A DNA stretch of 64,000 bases from Candidatus Woesearchaeota archaeon (GTDB taxonomy: Archaea; Nanobdellota; Nanobdellia; Woesearchaeales; ARS49): assembly GCA_016215315.1 (NCBI GenBank), contig JACRKG010000011.1, positions 537 through 64,536 of the forward strand. Direction: 5' to 3'. The notes under the pieces were generated by a model. That model saw only the letters and a list, made by a program, of their open reading frames with translations. It searched no databases and had not been told where the DNA came from. The first letter of the stretch is position 1. The number at the start of each line of letters is the position of its first letter. The position numbers and the translations under genes are program-made. Positions 38,315-48,370 of the stretch are shown one piece after another.

Positions 38315-39097
38315 TTAGAGTTTCTCGTCCAACTCTTTAAGTTGGTTTTGGAGTATTTCTAAAGCGGCAGTAAGCATCTCTTTGGGAGATAACTGGCCCC
38401 ATGGCTCTATGAAAAATAAAAATTGGTCTTTTTCGTATTCTAATTTTACTACGTCATCACAGATTCCTTCTACGGTGTCTATTAAGTTTAGTTCTATGAT
38501 TAGGTCTTTGTCGATTTTTCCATTTTTGAAAATTTGTGGTGGATACTTGTCTTTGAATTCTTCAAACTTACTGCTACTATTGTTTATTGTTAGTTTTGGA
38601 TAATTAATGTACCAACAAAGTCCCGGACTCCATTTGACGTGCTCTTGCCCTCTTCCCAATATTGCTGTTCCAGTTAATTCTAGCTCTTGACCTTTCAATA
38701 ATTTAACTATCAGCAAGTCTGGTTGTGCAGGTTTTACTTTTGGATCTTTGCTTTTCAAGTCTTTTGCGTAAACATTACAAGGTCCTTTAGCTTTGAGAGT
38801 TAATTGTACGGAACTTTTTGCGCTTCTGTCTGCTCCAAAAGCATTTTTTTCTTCTTCTGAAGGTAAGTCATATCCTTTTAAGTCGGTTGTTAATGGAATT
38901 AGTCCTATTCTTAATCCTAGCATTTCATCATAGAGTGCTGAACTGTTTTGTGCGATTTCTAAATCTTCTATTGCCATTGTAGGAACGCTATCAATGATAA
39001 GTCTTCTTACTGCGTTAGCCATTGCTTCGTTTATTCCTTTAATGTGAAGAGCTACTTTTCCTGTGAGTTTGTCTTTGCTTAATTGTTTTATGTTCAT
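38315..39097 (-). CDS. rpoD: RNA polymerase subunit D (Rpo3)
   Basis: ANAVRR...[28 protein letters not shown]. Confidence 0.96.
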   Translation of the reverse strand: MNIKQLSKDKLTGKVALHIKGINEAMANAVRRLIIDSVPTMAIEDLEIAQNSSALYDEMLGLRIGLIPLTTDLKGYDLPSEEEKNAFGADRSAKSSVQLTLKAKGPCNVYAKDLKSKDPKVKPAQPDLLIVKLLKGQELELTGTAILGRGQEHVKWSPGLCWYINYPKLTINNSSSKFEEFKDKYPPQIFKNGKIDKDLIIELNLIDTVEGICDDVVKLEYEKDQFLFFIEPWGQLSPKEMLTAALEILQNQLKELDEKL

Positions 39098-39615
39098 ACT
39101 CTTCTACCTCTTCTTCCTCCTTTCTTTCTGCATCCACCATGTGGTAAAGGAGTTACATCTTCAATAAAGCCTACTTTTATTCCCATTCTTGATAATGTTC
39201 TGATTACAGCTTGTGCTCCTGGTCCTGGAGTTGTTGGTCCATTGTGGCCTCCTGGAGCTCTTATTTTTACGTGAACTCCTTGAACTCCTTTGTCTCTTAA
39301 TTGGTCTCCAACAAGTTTTGCAGCCATCATTGCTGCTGTTGTTGAGCCTTCACTTCTATCACTCTTAACTACTACTCCACCACTGCTTTTTGCTAAAGTT
39401 TCGCTACCAGTAACATCTGTTACTGTTATTATAGTATCGTTATATGATGCAAAAATGTGACATACTCCCCAGATTTGATCATTTCTTTGTTGAACTCTTT
39501 CTCTTGATTGTCTAAAACCACCGCCGCCTCCAGCGCCACCTCTATCTTGACCTTTCTTACCTTTGCTTTTATTTTCTCTTCTCTGTTCTACTTTTGGACT
39601 ATTCCTTCTTGCCAT
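39094..39615 (-). CDS. rps11: 30S ribosomal protein uS11 with N-terminal extension
   Basis: [33 protein letters not shown]. Confidence 0.98.
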   Translation of the reverse strand: MARRNSPKVEQRRENKSKGKKGQDRGGAGGGGGFRQSRERVQQRNDQIWGVCHIFASYNDTIITVTDVTGSETLAKSSGGVVVKSDRSEGSTTAAMMAAKLVGDQLRDKGVQGVHVKIRAPGGHNGPTTPGPGAQAVIRTLSRMGIKVGFIEDVTPLPHGGCRKKGGRRGRRV

Positions 39616-40198
39616 GTTGTTCCTTTTGTGTTTTTTCTTTTTTTACTTCTGGTTTTTTTACTTCTATTTTTTCTTTGCTTGGTTTTTTCTCAACTCTCAT
39701 TGGGTGATCTGCATTAGATAATTTTGATTTTGGAGTGAATGATATTCCTGCTTCTTCACCCTCACTCACTAAATATGCTGGTGAAGAAACTATTCTGTCT
39801 CCAATTTTAATGTGTTCATGGATTATGAATTGTCTTGCTTGTCTTACTGATCTTGCTAAGTTTTTTCTAAAAACTAAAGTTTGCAATCTTCTTTCTAAAA
39901 CATCTCGTAAGTTTAATGTTAAAACATCATCAAGACCTGCCTTGTCTGTCATTAAGTCTAGTTTTTGTAATTTTTGGAGCAATAATTGTTTTTCTTTGTT
40001 TGCTTGATCTGTTCTTAATGCAATTAATTTTTTAGCTTGACCCGTGAATTCTTTTAGGACACTGTTCATTTTCCAAATTTCTGTTTTATTCTTTAATCCA
40101 TACTCTAACAAAACTTTTTTTTCTTCTTCAATTCTTGCTCTTTCCCAAGGGTGTCTTGGTGTTGAGTATTTGTTTGTTATTTTTTTTATGTCTCCCAT
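39599..40198 (-). CDS. rps4: 30S ribosomal protein uS4
   Basis: [27 protein letters not shown]. Confidence 0.98.
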   Translation of the reverse strand: MGDIKKITNKYSTPRHPWERARIEEEKKVLLEYGLKNKTEIWKMNSVLKEFTGQAKKLIALRTDQANKEKQLLLQKLQKLDLMTDKAGLDDVLTLNLRDVLERRLQTLVFRKNLARSVRQARQFIIHEHIKIGDRIVSSPAYLVSEGEEAGISFTPKSKLSNADHPMRVEKKPSKEKIEVKKPEVKKEKTQKEQHGKKE

Positions 40199-40678
40199 TT
40201 ATGTTGTTCCACCCTTCTTCTTACCTGCAATAGAAACTCCAAGTTTTGCTTTCTTCTTATTCTTTCTGAAGTTACTTCTTGTTCTTTGTCCTCTGACGGG
40301 TAATCCTAATATGTGTCTTACTCCTTTGTAACACTTTATTTTCTTCATCATTTTTATGTCTTCTTGTAATCTTAAGAATAATTCAGTAACACTTAAGTGC
40401 ATGTCTTCACCAGTATCCGGATCTTTTCTTCTATTAAATAACCAAGAAGGAATTCCTAATTTTGTTGGTGACTTTATTGCGTCCTCTACTTTTTTTAATT
40501 GTTCTTTTGATAAACTTCCTAATTTTGTAGCAGGATCTATACCTAAAACAACTAGAATGGCATTAGCAAACATAGTACCTACTCCTTTAATCTTTCTTAA
40601 TGCAAATAAGATTTGTTTATTTCCATCTAAATCTGTATTAAGCAGACGTATTAAGTTTTGTAATGGTTGATCCGACAT
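40199..40678 (-). CDS. rps13: 30S ribosomal protein uS13
   Basis: IKGVG, PSWLFNRRKD, GLPVRGQRT. Confidence 0.98.
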   Translation of the reverse strand: MSDQPLQNLIRLLNTDLDGNKQILFALRKIKGVGTMFANAILVVLGIDPATKLGSLSKEQLKKVEDAIKSPTKLGIPSWLFNRRKDPDTGEDMHLSVTELFLRLQEDIKMMKKIKCYKGVRHILGLPVRGQRTRSNFRKNKKKAKLGVSIAGKKKGGTT

Positions 40679-40850
40679 TATTTTTTACCCCTAATAACCC
40701 AAGAAAATATGACAACCCTAAAATCGCCATAAAGACTCGGGCAGAACTTAGAGGAATCTTAGTTTATTTATAAAGCTTTCTAGAATTTTTGAGAAAGTGA
40801 AAAATCCACGTAGCAAAATTTAATTATTAGCTGTCCTTAATTACACCAAC

Positions 40851-41918
40851 ATGATTTATTTGGACAATGCAGCAAGCACTAAGGTTGATGAGAAAGTTTT
40901 GAAAGAAATGATTCCTTATTTTAGTACTGATTACGCAAATCCTAGTAGTGAGCATAAATTTGGCAAAAAAATTAGTAATGTAGTTCTCGAATGTAAAGCG
41001 AGAATTGGCAAAATACTTGGTTGCAGACCTGATGAAATATTCTTTACTAGTTGCGGTACAGAAAGCAATAATTGGGTCATTAATAGTTTTGATAAAATTA
41101 TTACTTCAGAAGTTGAGCACAAATCAATAATTGAACCTGCAAAACAAAAAAATGCAGTATTTTTGAAGCCAGATAATTTTGGAAGAATAAGTATAAAACA
41201 AGTTGAAAAAGTTTTAACTGAAGAAACAGAATTAGTAAGCATAATTTATGGAAACAACGAAATTGGCACCGTTAATGATATCCGAGAGATCGCAGCGGCC
41301 GTTAAAAAAAAAGGAAAATTATTCCACGTCGATTCCTGCCAATGTGGAATGCTTGATTTAAATGTAAGACCTCACATTGACTTAATGACATTAAATGGAA
41401 GTAAAATCAATGGACCTAAAGGAATTGGAATTCTTTACGCAAGTCTTGAAGCACAAGACAGTTTGAAACCATTATTAATTGGTGGAGGACAGCAAGAAGG
41501 TTTTAGGAGTGGAACTCTTAATGTTCCTGGAATTGTTGGGTTTACTAAAGCATTAGAATTATCACAGAAGATTGACAAAGAAAAACTTTATTTTCTGCGC
41601 AAATTTTTTGTTGAGCAAACAAAAAATTTAGGTGGGCAAATTAATGGACACCCAACAGAAGTCTTACCTCACATTATTAGTGTTAGTTTTCCTGGAAAAG
41701 AAGCATTACACTTATTGCAAAAACTAGAAGAGAACAATATTATTGCTAGCGCAGGTAGTGCTTGCACGAGTAAAACAATAGAACCAAATCACGTGCTTAA
41801 AGCAATTGGTTTGAATAATTCTGCAAGCAAAGGAACAATAAGATTCAGTCTAGGAAAAAACACAACAAAAGAGGAATTAAGTAAAGTTGTTGAATTGTTG
41901 GGAAAAGTACTTTTGTGA
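40851..41918 (+). CDS. iscS: Cysteine desulfurase (IscS/NifS type)
   Basis: YLDNAAST, ANPSS, GTESNN, NNEIG, RSGT, SAGSAC. Confidence 0.93.
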   Translation: MIYLDNAASTKVDEKVLKEMIPYFSTDYANPSSEHKFGKKISNVVLECKARIGKILGCRPDEIFFTSCGTESNNWVINSFDKIITSEVEHKSIIEPAKQKNAVFLKPDNFGRISIKQVEKVLTEETELVSIIYGNNEIGTVNDIREIAAAVKKKGKLFHVDSCQCGMLDLNVRPHIDLMTLNGSKINGPKGIGILYASLEAQDSLKPLLIGGGQQEGFRSGTLNVPGIVGFTKALELSQKIDKEKLYFLRKFFVEQTKNLGGQINGHPTEVLPHIISVSFPGKEALHLLQKLEENNIIASAGSACTSKTIEPNHVLKAIGLNNSASKGTIRFSLGKNTTKEELSKVVELLGKVLL

Positions 41919-41981
41919 CCTCTCAGATAGCAAAGGTTATAAGATTTGTTGCATTTCATTATTTTATTGGAGGTTTTTGTT

Positions 41982-42584
41982 ATGAAAAACAAACAAACCA
42001 GTTTAGGAAATCCATTTACGGATTTAGAAAATCTAGTTGATTATTTGACTATTACCACTTGGAATATGGGCGCAGGCATGCCTGATTTGCAAATTGAAGC
42101 AGCTCCGCTCAAAACATATCTTCTAGGTTTTTATGTAGGAGATAAAAATTTAGCAGCACAAGCTGCAGAAGAACTTTTGAAAAAAGACCCGTTCAAAGCA
42201 TATCAAGCAGGAAAGTGTTCTCAAAATCAAAACTTAGCAGAAAGAGCAGTTGTTGTATTAATAGAAAAAGATGCTGAAAAAGCATACAAAATTGCAAAAC
42301 ACCAAGCACAGGATAAACAATTTTATGAAAAAGCAGTTCAAGCACTTGTTCAGGAAAATCCATTGAAGGCTTGCGGAGTTGGTTTAAGAGAAGAAGATGA
42401 TTATTTGTTAAGAAATGCAGGCAGAGCTCTTCTTAAAGTTAATCCTAGAAAAGCACATTCCGTTGGGAGATATTATGAAGATAAAAAACTCATGACTGAT
42501 GCAGAACAATTAATCAAACAAAAAAGAAAACTTTCAAGAAATCCTGTGAGCCATTCAGATATGTTCGAACTCCTGGGAATATAA
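41982..42584 (+). CDS. Hypothetical alpha-helical repeat protein
   Basis: About 29-30-aa repeats A..LL.KDP.KAY..G; GGAGG RBS. Confidence 0.7.
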   Translation: MKNKQTSLGNPFTDLENLVDYLTITTWNMGAGMPDLQIEAAPLKTYLLGFYVGDKNLAAQAAEELLKKDPFKAYQAGKCSQNQNLAERAVVVLIEKDAEKAYKIAKHQAQDKQFYEKAVQALVQENPLKACGVGLREEDDYLLRNAGRALLKVNPRKAHSVGRYYEDKKLMTDAEQLIKQKRKLSRNPVSHSDMFELLGI

Positions 42585-42706
42585 AACAGTCTTGAATTGT
42601 GTGAGATCATGCTAAAACTTTCTTTTGTTTTTTTATTTCTTTTTCAACTTCTTCAAAAATAACCTCTAAATAAAATTTTCTTAATGCTTTTCCATTAATG
42701 CTTTCT

Positions 42707-44059
42707 TTATCGTACTTGCCAGTATCCGCCTTTATCAGGACCTATCCTTTTGATTATTTTTTTATCTTTGAGTATTGCTAATTGTTTTTCTACAGCTCTT
42801 TGAGAAATTCCAATTATTCTGGCCATTTGTCTTGCATTAATGTGTTTGTTTTCTTTTATTAGAGCAATAATTTTCTCCGAACTTCTCTCCGAACCTTCTC
42901 CGAACTTTTCTTCAGCTCTTTCAGAAAAGTACTCTCTTTTGAATTTTATTTTAAAATTTCCTTGGTTTTCTTCAAAAGTTGGAAGGGATAATTTGTTTTC
43001 TTTGAGTAAATTTATAATGTTTATTGTTCCTTTGCCCCAAGTATCAATGTATCCAGTTAGAAAAAATATTTTCGCGATTAGTGGATTGCGTAATTCTGAA
43101 TCATGTTCTTTGTAGAGGTCTTTAATTTTTATTTCTGCAGGAAGTTTTCCCGGGTTTGAGATTGTTATTGATTCGTCATGTATTTTTAGGCATACAAAAC
43201 TATTTTTTCTGTAGTCTCTGTGTATTAATGCGTTAAGTACTGCTTCTCTTAATGCTTCAATTGGTATTTCCCAGCTTTCTTTTCTTCTGAATTCTTCAAT
43301 TCTAGCTCGCACGTGTAGATGATCTTTAAAGAAGGAAAGAGCCCCTTCGAGTAATTGAAATAAATTCCCGTTAAAATCTCTAATGTCCGCAAATTCTTCT
43401 GTTGTTCCTTTGAAACGCCCGCATTTCAAAGTAATGTTTGGAAAGAATCGGTCTGAATTTTTTCCAAAAACAACAACCGCGGCATTTGTCAAACCTTCAC
43501 TAAAAAATAAACCTAATTTTCTTAGAATTGTCTTTTTACTTGTATCTGTTATAATCATTCTTTTTGATTCTTTGGCTAATTTAACAAAAGAATTTACTGT
43601 TTCGTTATCAATGTCTTTTAATGAAGCTTCTTCGCAAATTTCATCATCCCATCTTAGCTTATCTTCATTCTTGTCAACAAACAAATTTTCTAATTCTTTA
43701 GCACTCAACTGTCTGTCCTCGTCGCCAACTCTTGTGTACGCGCGTCCATAAGAAAAATAAGGTTTTTCTGAGCCTTCAAAATCCACAATAACATAATTCT
43801 TACCATTCAAGTCAATTCTGTTGATTTTTGGATAAATCTTTGGTTCTACGTGGTCGCTAATGGCTTTAGAGATTTCTCTTAAAGTATTTTCTGTGACGTT
43901 TTGTCCAACAACCTCACCATCATTTTTTACACCAAAATATAATTGCCCTTTGCCGTGTTTATTTAAAATAGCAACTATTGAGATAATTGCTTCTTTAAGC
44001 TCGGAAGTAGATTTTTTTAGTTCTACTGTTTCGTTTTCCTTTAATTTGTCTTTCGTCAT
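42707..44059 (-). CDS. AlbA_2 (Schlafen-like) + HATPase_c_4 + wHTH protein
   Basis: ENETVELKKS, LYFGVKNDG, REAVLNALIHRDY, RNPLIA, RIGPDKGGYW. Confidence 0.9.
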   Translation of the reverse strand: MTKDKLKENETVELKKSTSELKEAIISIVAILNKHGKGQLYFGVKNDGEVVGQNVTENTLREISKAISDHVEPKIYPKINRIDLNGKNYVIVDFEGSEKPYFSYGRAYTRVGDEDRQLSAKELENLFVDKNEDKLRWDDEICEEASLKDIDNETVNSFVKLAKESKRMIITDTSKKTILRKLGLFFSEGLTNAAVVVFGKNSDRFFPNITLKCGRFKGTTEEFADIRDFNGNLFQLLEGALSFFKDHLHVRARIEEFRRKESWEIPIEALREAVLNALIHRDYRKNSFVCLKIHDESITISNPGKLPAEIKIKDLYKEHDSELRNPLIAKIFFLTGYIDTWGKGTINIINLLKENKLSLPTFEENQGNFKIKFKREYFSERAEEKFGEGSERSSEKIIALIKENKHINARQMARIIGISQRAVEKQLAILKDKKIIKRIGPDKGGYWQVR

Positions 44060-44066
44060 TTTTTTA

Positions 44067-44189
44067 TTAAAGGAAAGTTTTAATTAACAATAACAAAATA
44101 AATATTTCCATCAAAAAGATCAAAATCATCATTGAGTCTATGTGATGTTTGTTGCAAAATGTTTGTACTCGTCGATAAACTTGAATCAT
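44067..44189 (-). CDS. Unannotated 40-aa membrane peptide
   Basis: MIQVYRRVQTFCNKHHIDSMMILIFLMEIFILLLLIKTFL; TATA about 25 nt upstream; ends 7 nt before the AlbA_2 gene. Confidence 0.6.
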   Translation of the reverse strand: MIQVYRRVQTFCNKHHIDSMMILIFLMEIFILLLLIKTFL

Positions 44190-44208
44190 ACCACACATTT
44201 AGCACTAA

Positions 44209-44323
44209 TTCTTTATATGTTTTTCTAGAAAGATTTCTCAGAAAAGTGAGAAATTTTTCCAAAAAAATGAGAAAATTTCTCAAAAAATGGAAATATTTTC
44301 CAAAAAATTAGAAAAAATTTACT
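44209..44323 (-). promoter_or_regulatory. Promoter plus five 15-bp palindromic boxes (array A)
   Basis: Boxes at 44226, 44247, 44268, 44288, 44309; consensus TGRGAAAWTTTYYCA. Confidence 0.8.
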
Positions 44324-44344
44324 GAATTGAATTAGACTTATTTT

Positions 44345-44581
44345 TTAACTACAATAACGATCGTATCCTCCATCATAGTCACGACCACAATTTCTTCTTT
44401 GTTTTCGCTCTTCTGCGTCCATAGCTACTGCTCGATCTTCAGCATCGCCAAATAAATCAGTAACATTTACAACAGTTCTTCCTGTTTTTTTCAGTTGAGC
44501 ATCAATTTGTCTTTTCAATTCTGCAGCTTTTTGCTGATCTTCAGGTGTTAATTTATCAGATATTTCTTTTTTTTCAGACAT
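44345..44581 (-). CDS. Small hypothetical protein
   Basis: GGAGG RBS, TATA upstream. Confidence 0.7.
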   Translation of the reverse strand: MSEKKEISDKLTPEDQQKAAELKRQIDAQLKKTGRTVVNVTDLFGDAEDRAVAMDAEERKQRRNCGRDYDGGYDRYCS

Positions 44582-44726
44582 TTATTTTCCTCCTATTTTT
44601 ATTCATATTAAATACTCCTAGTATTTAAATGTTTCGAAATATTTACTACCATTTAGTGGCAAAAGTAGAAAGATTTAAAAGATCGGCAGAAATACCAGGT
44701 TAAAGAAGATTTTAGGGGGTATCAAA

Positions 44727-45728
44727 ATGGCAAACTTACACGAACTTTTCAGAAAATATGTTCAAGAAAGACAACAAGTTAGTTCTTTAGGACAACAATT
44801 AACACAACAAAGAGTAGAACTTACTGATTTAGAAAAAGCTTTAGATGGTGGCCAAGTTAAAGATGCTTTAACAAAAGAAATACAAACAAGAGAAGGACAA
44901 GTAGCCGAAGCAAAAAAAGCTTTAGAAGCAGGACAATTAGAACAAGGGTACAATGCTTTATTTCCTCAAGAAGCAAAAGTTTGTGTAGCACCAGTAAAAA
45001 AAGATATTCTTGCAGGATTGGATATTGAATTAAGATCAGATAAATTTACCTCATTTTCAGAAAATTTAGAAAGATTAAGACTTGCAGGATATGACCGACA
45101 TATAAGACCTGCCGAACTTATAGAAGTTCTATCAAGATACTTTGAAGGAGATAGAAATTATGAACAAACAGCCGAACTCTTCAATAATTCCAAGATGGTT
45201 TATGGAAACATCGCTTGGGTTGGTTTGGCTGCAAGATTAAAAAAAGGCAGCCAAGAAATCGAGTTCGCTTTAGATCCTGAATTCAACACGCCTTACAAAG
45301 CATACTTACTTGAAATAGATCCATTAAAAGCAAGTAAAAAAATAACACTAAATTCTTTATTATTCAACGGAATAAAAATCTACCAACAATACGATTTTGG
45401 AACCGTTATAGAAACAAAAGTAAACGAATTACCTGAAGAATTAGTTGAACTTCTTTGTGGCAGAAGTTCTGAAGATTTACCTGAAAAATTAAACGACTTG
45501 ATGTTATCATTGCGTCTAAATGAGCGGGAATGGTCCGTTCTAGCATTCGGAAGAGCATCTTGTGGAAACTTTTATTTCACAAATGCACCAACACAATTTG
45601 TACCTGCCCAATCTATAGGCGTAAAAAATCACACATCAGTACAGGAAGAAGATAAAGTTCCTACAAAATTAGAATATAACGGAGGTAAAAAAAATGAAAG
45701 AAGCATTAAACAAGTATACTCAAGCTAA
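44727..45728 (+). CDS. Coiled-coil N-module plus putative C-type-lectin-like C-domain
   Basis: FSENLERLRLAGYDRHIRPAEL; C-terminal ...AQSIGVK. Confidence 0.7.
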   Translation: MANLHELFRKYVQERQQVSSLGQQLTQQRVELTDLEKALDGGQVKDALTKEIQTREGQVAEAKKALEAGQLEQGYNALFPQEAKVCVAPVKKDILAGLDIELRSDKFTSFSENLERLRLAGYDRHIRPAELIEVLSRYFEGDRNYEQTAELFNNSKMVYGNIAWVGLAARLKKGSQEIEFALDPEFNTPYKAYLLEIDPLKASKKITLNSLLFNGIKIYQQYDFGTVIETKVNELPEELVELLCGRSSEDLPEKLNDLMLSLRLNEREWSVLAFGRASCGNFYFTNAPTQFVPAQSIGVKNHTSVQEEDKVPTKLEYNGGKKNERSIKQVYSS

Positions 45729-46488
45729 AGTTGAAGTTGATTCAAGAAGACAAGAAGTTGCAGGTTTAGAAGCAACATTAGCAGGACAAAATCAATCTTT
45801 TGCAGCAACAGAACAAGAATTAAAAGCTGCAATCCAACAAGAAATAGACGCAAGATTTGCATCATTAACAGAAGCAGATAAAGCACTATTACAAAACGAC
45901 CCAGTCAAAGCATACCAATTATTATTTCCGGACCAAGTAGTTAGTCCAGGAAAATACAGAGGATTTGCAGTATTATTAGATAGTTCTGGATCAATGGAAG
46001 ACTTCGGCGCATTTAAAGAAGCATCTCAAGGAGCTCAAGAAGCATTTAATTTTTGTACTGGTGACGGAGCAGTAATAAATTTCAGTCTTGAAACTTTATT
46101 TTCCGGTTGGACTTATTTACTAGATGCTTATGGAAAAAACGGTTATAGAACAAGAAATGTTTGCGCTATGAGCTTTCTTAGTGATTACTTGAGAACTTTT
46201 CAAAGAGGCGGAACTCAATTAAGCAACAAAGAATTAATGCAATTAATAAATCAAGCAAAAGAACCTTTTTACGCACTAATGGTGACCGATGGACAAATCG
46301 AGAATTTCAACAAAATACAAGACACTCTAAAAAGCTTAAAAGAAAAGGGCAATGAACTAGAAATAATTTACCTAGGTTCTGACGCTAAGTGTCTTAAAGA
46401 CTTGACAGCTTTAGCAAAAGTTCAATCAGTCAAACCAAACCAAGTAAAAGCAAAAATACTAGAGTGCGCTAGAGCTAAACTTGAATGA
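45694..46488 (+). CDS. Coiled-coil N-module plus VWA domain
   Basis: MIDAS LLDSSGSM, GGT, MVTDG. Confidence 0.85.
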   Translation: MKEALNKYTQAKVEVDSRRQEVAGLEATLAGQNQSFAATEQELKAAIQQEIDARFASLTEADKALLQNDPVKAYQLLFPDQVVSPGKYRGFAVLLDSSGSMEDFGAFKEASQGAQEAFNFCTGDGAVINFSLETLFSGWTYLLDAYGKNGYRTRNVCAMSFLSDYLRTFQRGGTQLSNKELMQLINQAKEPFYALMVTDGQIENFNKIQDTLKSLKEKGNELEIIYLGSDAKCLKDLTALAKVQSVKPNQVKAKILECARAKLE

Positions 46489-46489
46489 A

Positions 46490-46939
46490 ATGAATCTTAA
46501 ACAAATCGTTCAAGATCTTTTTCAGAATTACAAAGCAAATAAGCAAACCATTCAAGAAAGAGAAGTTCTGGAAGAAGAACTTCTTTCATTCTCAGGAATT
46601 GAAAGAAATGATTCTTATTTTTTTGTTTTGATACCTGTTGACTCTCCCGACCTTCAACATTTTGGTTCTGCTTGCGGTGAATTTGGAAACAAAATGTTCT
46701 CTAGCAAATCATTAGCAACATTTCTTAAAAACAAAGATGTAAAAAACATTTTAGGGATTGTTTACCAACCACACTCAGATTTTACTTATTCAAATAATAC
46801 TGTAGCTTTAAGCGCCATTGCATTACCAATTGTTGGAAAAGATGGGCACGTATTTCAATTTTTAGCAGAAAAAAACAAAGGCAGCTTCAGATATGAAAGA
46901 TCAAGAGTTAAAGTATGGAGCGTTTACGAATCGGAATAA
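46490..46939 (+). CDS. Hypothetical protein, third gene of the operon
   Basis: Abuts the VWA gene. Confidence 0.7.
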   Translation: MNLKQIVQDLFQNYKANKQTIQEREVLEEELLSFSGIERNDSYFFVLIPVDSPDLQHFGSACGEFGNKMFSSKSLATFLKNKDVKNILGIVYQPHSDFTYSNNTVALSAIALPIVGKDGHVFQFLAEKNKGSFRYERSRVKVWSVYESE

Positions 46940-46945
46940 AAAGAT

Positions 46946-47470
46946 TCAAAACTTATCACTGATATCTTCAGTCCTAAAACCTTTAACAAGAGCCACTCCA
47001 TCTATTGTGGAATGATTGTAAGTCTCTACATCTACCATTCTAAGTATTTGATGAACTTTAACTATTGGAGGCCATAGTTGAATCCAGGTACCTTTGGGAG
47101 TTATTTCGTCATTTACATTCTCTATCTGATTGCGACATTCTGGATAACACATAATAAGCAACAAACTTTCACCACCATAATCTTTTGCAAGAATATGAGA
47201 ATACCATGAGCTATCATTCAGTCCAGTTTCTAAAGTTGGCACACCATCAATAATTGCACATTCATCTTTCTCATAAACAATTCTCCTACCATCTCTAACC
47301 AAATATTGATAAATTGCATCATCAAGTTTGGCAGTGCTCATACACCCCCTATTCGCCATAGTAGTTTTTCTTTTATCAAATACTTTTCTTACTGAATCAT
47401 AGCCTTGCAAAAAGGTCGTAGAATTAATTCCAGATACTATATAACCTTTATAACCTAAATTTTTTGACAT
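46946..47470 (-). CDS. Hypothetical protein
   Basis: GGTGA RBS. Confidence 0.65.
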   Translation of the reverse strand: MSKNLGYKGYIVSGINSTTFLQGYDSVRKVFDKRKTTMANRGCMSTAKLDDAIYQYLVRDGRRIVYEKDECAIIDGVPTLETGLNDSSWYSHILAKDYGGESLLLIMCYPECRNQIENVNDEITPKGTWIQLWPPIVKVHQILRMVDVETYNHSTIDGVALVKGFRTEDISDKF

Positions 47471-47597
47471 TTTTATCACCTGTCTTAAAATACATCATTA
47501 TAAGAATATGCACCCTATTTAAATCTTTCTATTTTAACCACTTACGAGTGATTACAAAACAAAACATTTATAAAGAGCTGCGTTTCTTACTCAATTC

Positions 47598-48080
47598 ATG
47601 ACATTTTACATCATAATTAGAGGACCTTTGGGGGTTGGCAAATCTACGATTAGTAAAAGTATTGCTAAAGAATTGAATGCAGAGTATATTTCAATAGACA
47701 AAGTATTATCTGAAAATGGTTTAGATAAAGTAGAGAATGACATTCCTGAAAAGAATTTTATTAAAGCTAATGAAATAATACTTCCTAAAGCTCAAGAAAT
47801 TTTAAGCAGAGGAAAACCAATAGTTTTTGATGGTAATTTTTACTTTCATGCACAAATCAGCCACCTAATTGAAAATTTAGAAGGTCAACATTATATTTTT
47901 ACTTTAGACGCTAGCATAGGAACTTGCATTAGGAGAGATGCTCAGAGAGAAAAACCTTGCGGTGAAGACGCTGCAAAAGCAGTTTACAGTTTAGCATCTA
48001 GAGTTATTTACGGACAAAAGATTAGCACTGAAAACAAAAGCATAGAACAAGTTATTGAGGAAATAAAAAAACAATTATGA
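47598..48080 (+). CDS. P-loop nucleotide kinase-like protein (AAA_33/AAA_18)
   Basis: IRGPLGVGKS, VFDG, CIRRDAQR lid. Confidence 0.85.
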   Translation: MTFYIIIRGPLGVGKSTISKSIAKELNAEYISIDKVLSENGLDKVENDIPEKNFIKANEIILPKAQEILSRGKPIVFDGNFYFHAQISHLIENLEGQHYIFTLDASIGTCIRRDAQREKPCGEDAAKAVYSLASRVIYGQKISTENKSIEQVIEEIKKQL

Positions 48081-48316
48081 GATCAATAGAATTTGTCGCG
48101 GTAATAAAATACCTAAACATGAATGAAGACGCAGTTAGATTAATTTTTGAGAGACTGTGTCCTGGAGAATATTATTGTAGACACTTTGAAAATTTAAGAA
48201 GAAAGGACATTATAGGAATAGTAGATATTACAGATTACGATCAAGTGTTTAACAGAGGAGTACCTTCAGATTTAGGCAGATTCATTGAAAGAATAGCAAT
48301 AATCGATGAGCACTAA
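48077..48316 (+). CDS. Small hypothetical protein
   Basis: ATGA overlap with the upstream gene. Confidence 0.55.
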   Translation: MRSIEFVAVIKYLNMNEDAVRLIFERLCPGEYYCRHFENLRRKDIIGIVDITDYDQVFNRGVPSDLGRFIERIAIIDEH

Positions 48317-48370
48317 CGACAAAAACTTTAAAAACAAACAAATTAAACACAATCTTTTGGAGGAAATAAT

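Noticed and set aside
44080-44283. ORFs translated through the operator arrays (also 51729-52010)
   Set aside because: Low-complexity F/L/K/E translations of the palindromic boxes, not credible proteins.
44226-44323. Regularly spaced palindromes as a CRISPR array (also 51689-51783)
   Set aside because: Units are 15 bp with 4-6 nt gaps, there are no unique spacers and no cas genes.
44727-45728. Active diversity-generating retroelement
   Set aside because: No reverse transcriptase or template/variable repeat pair is visible in the window.
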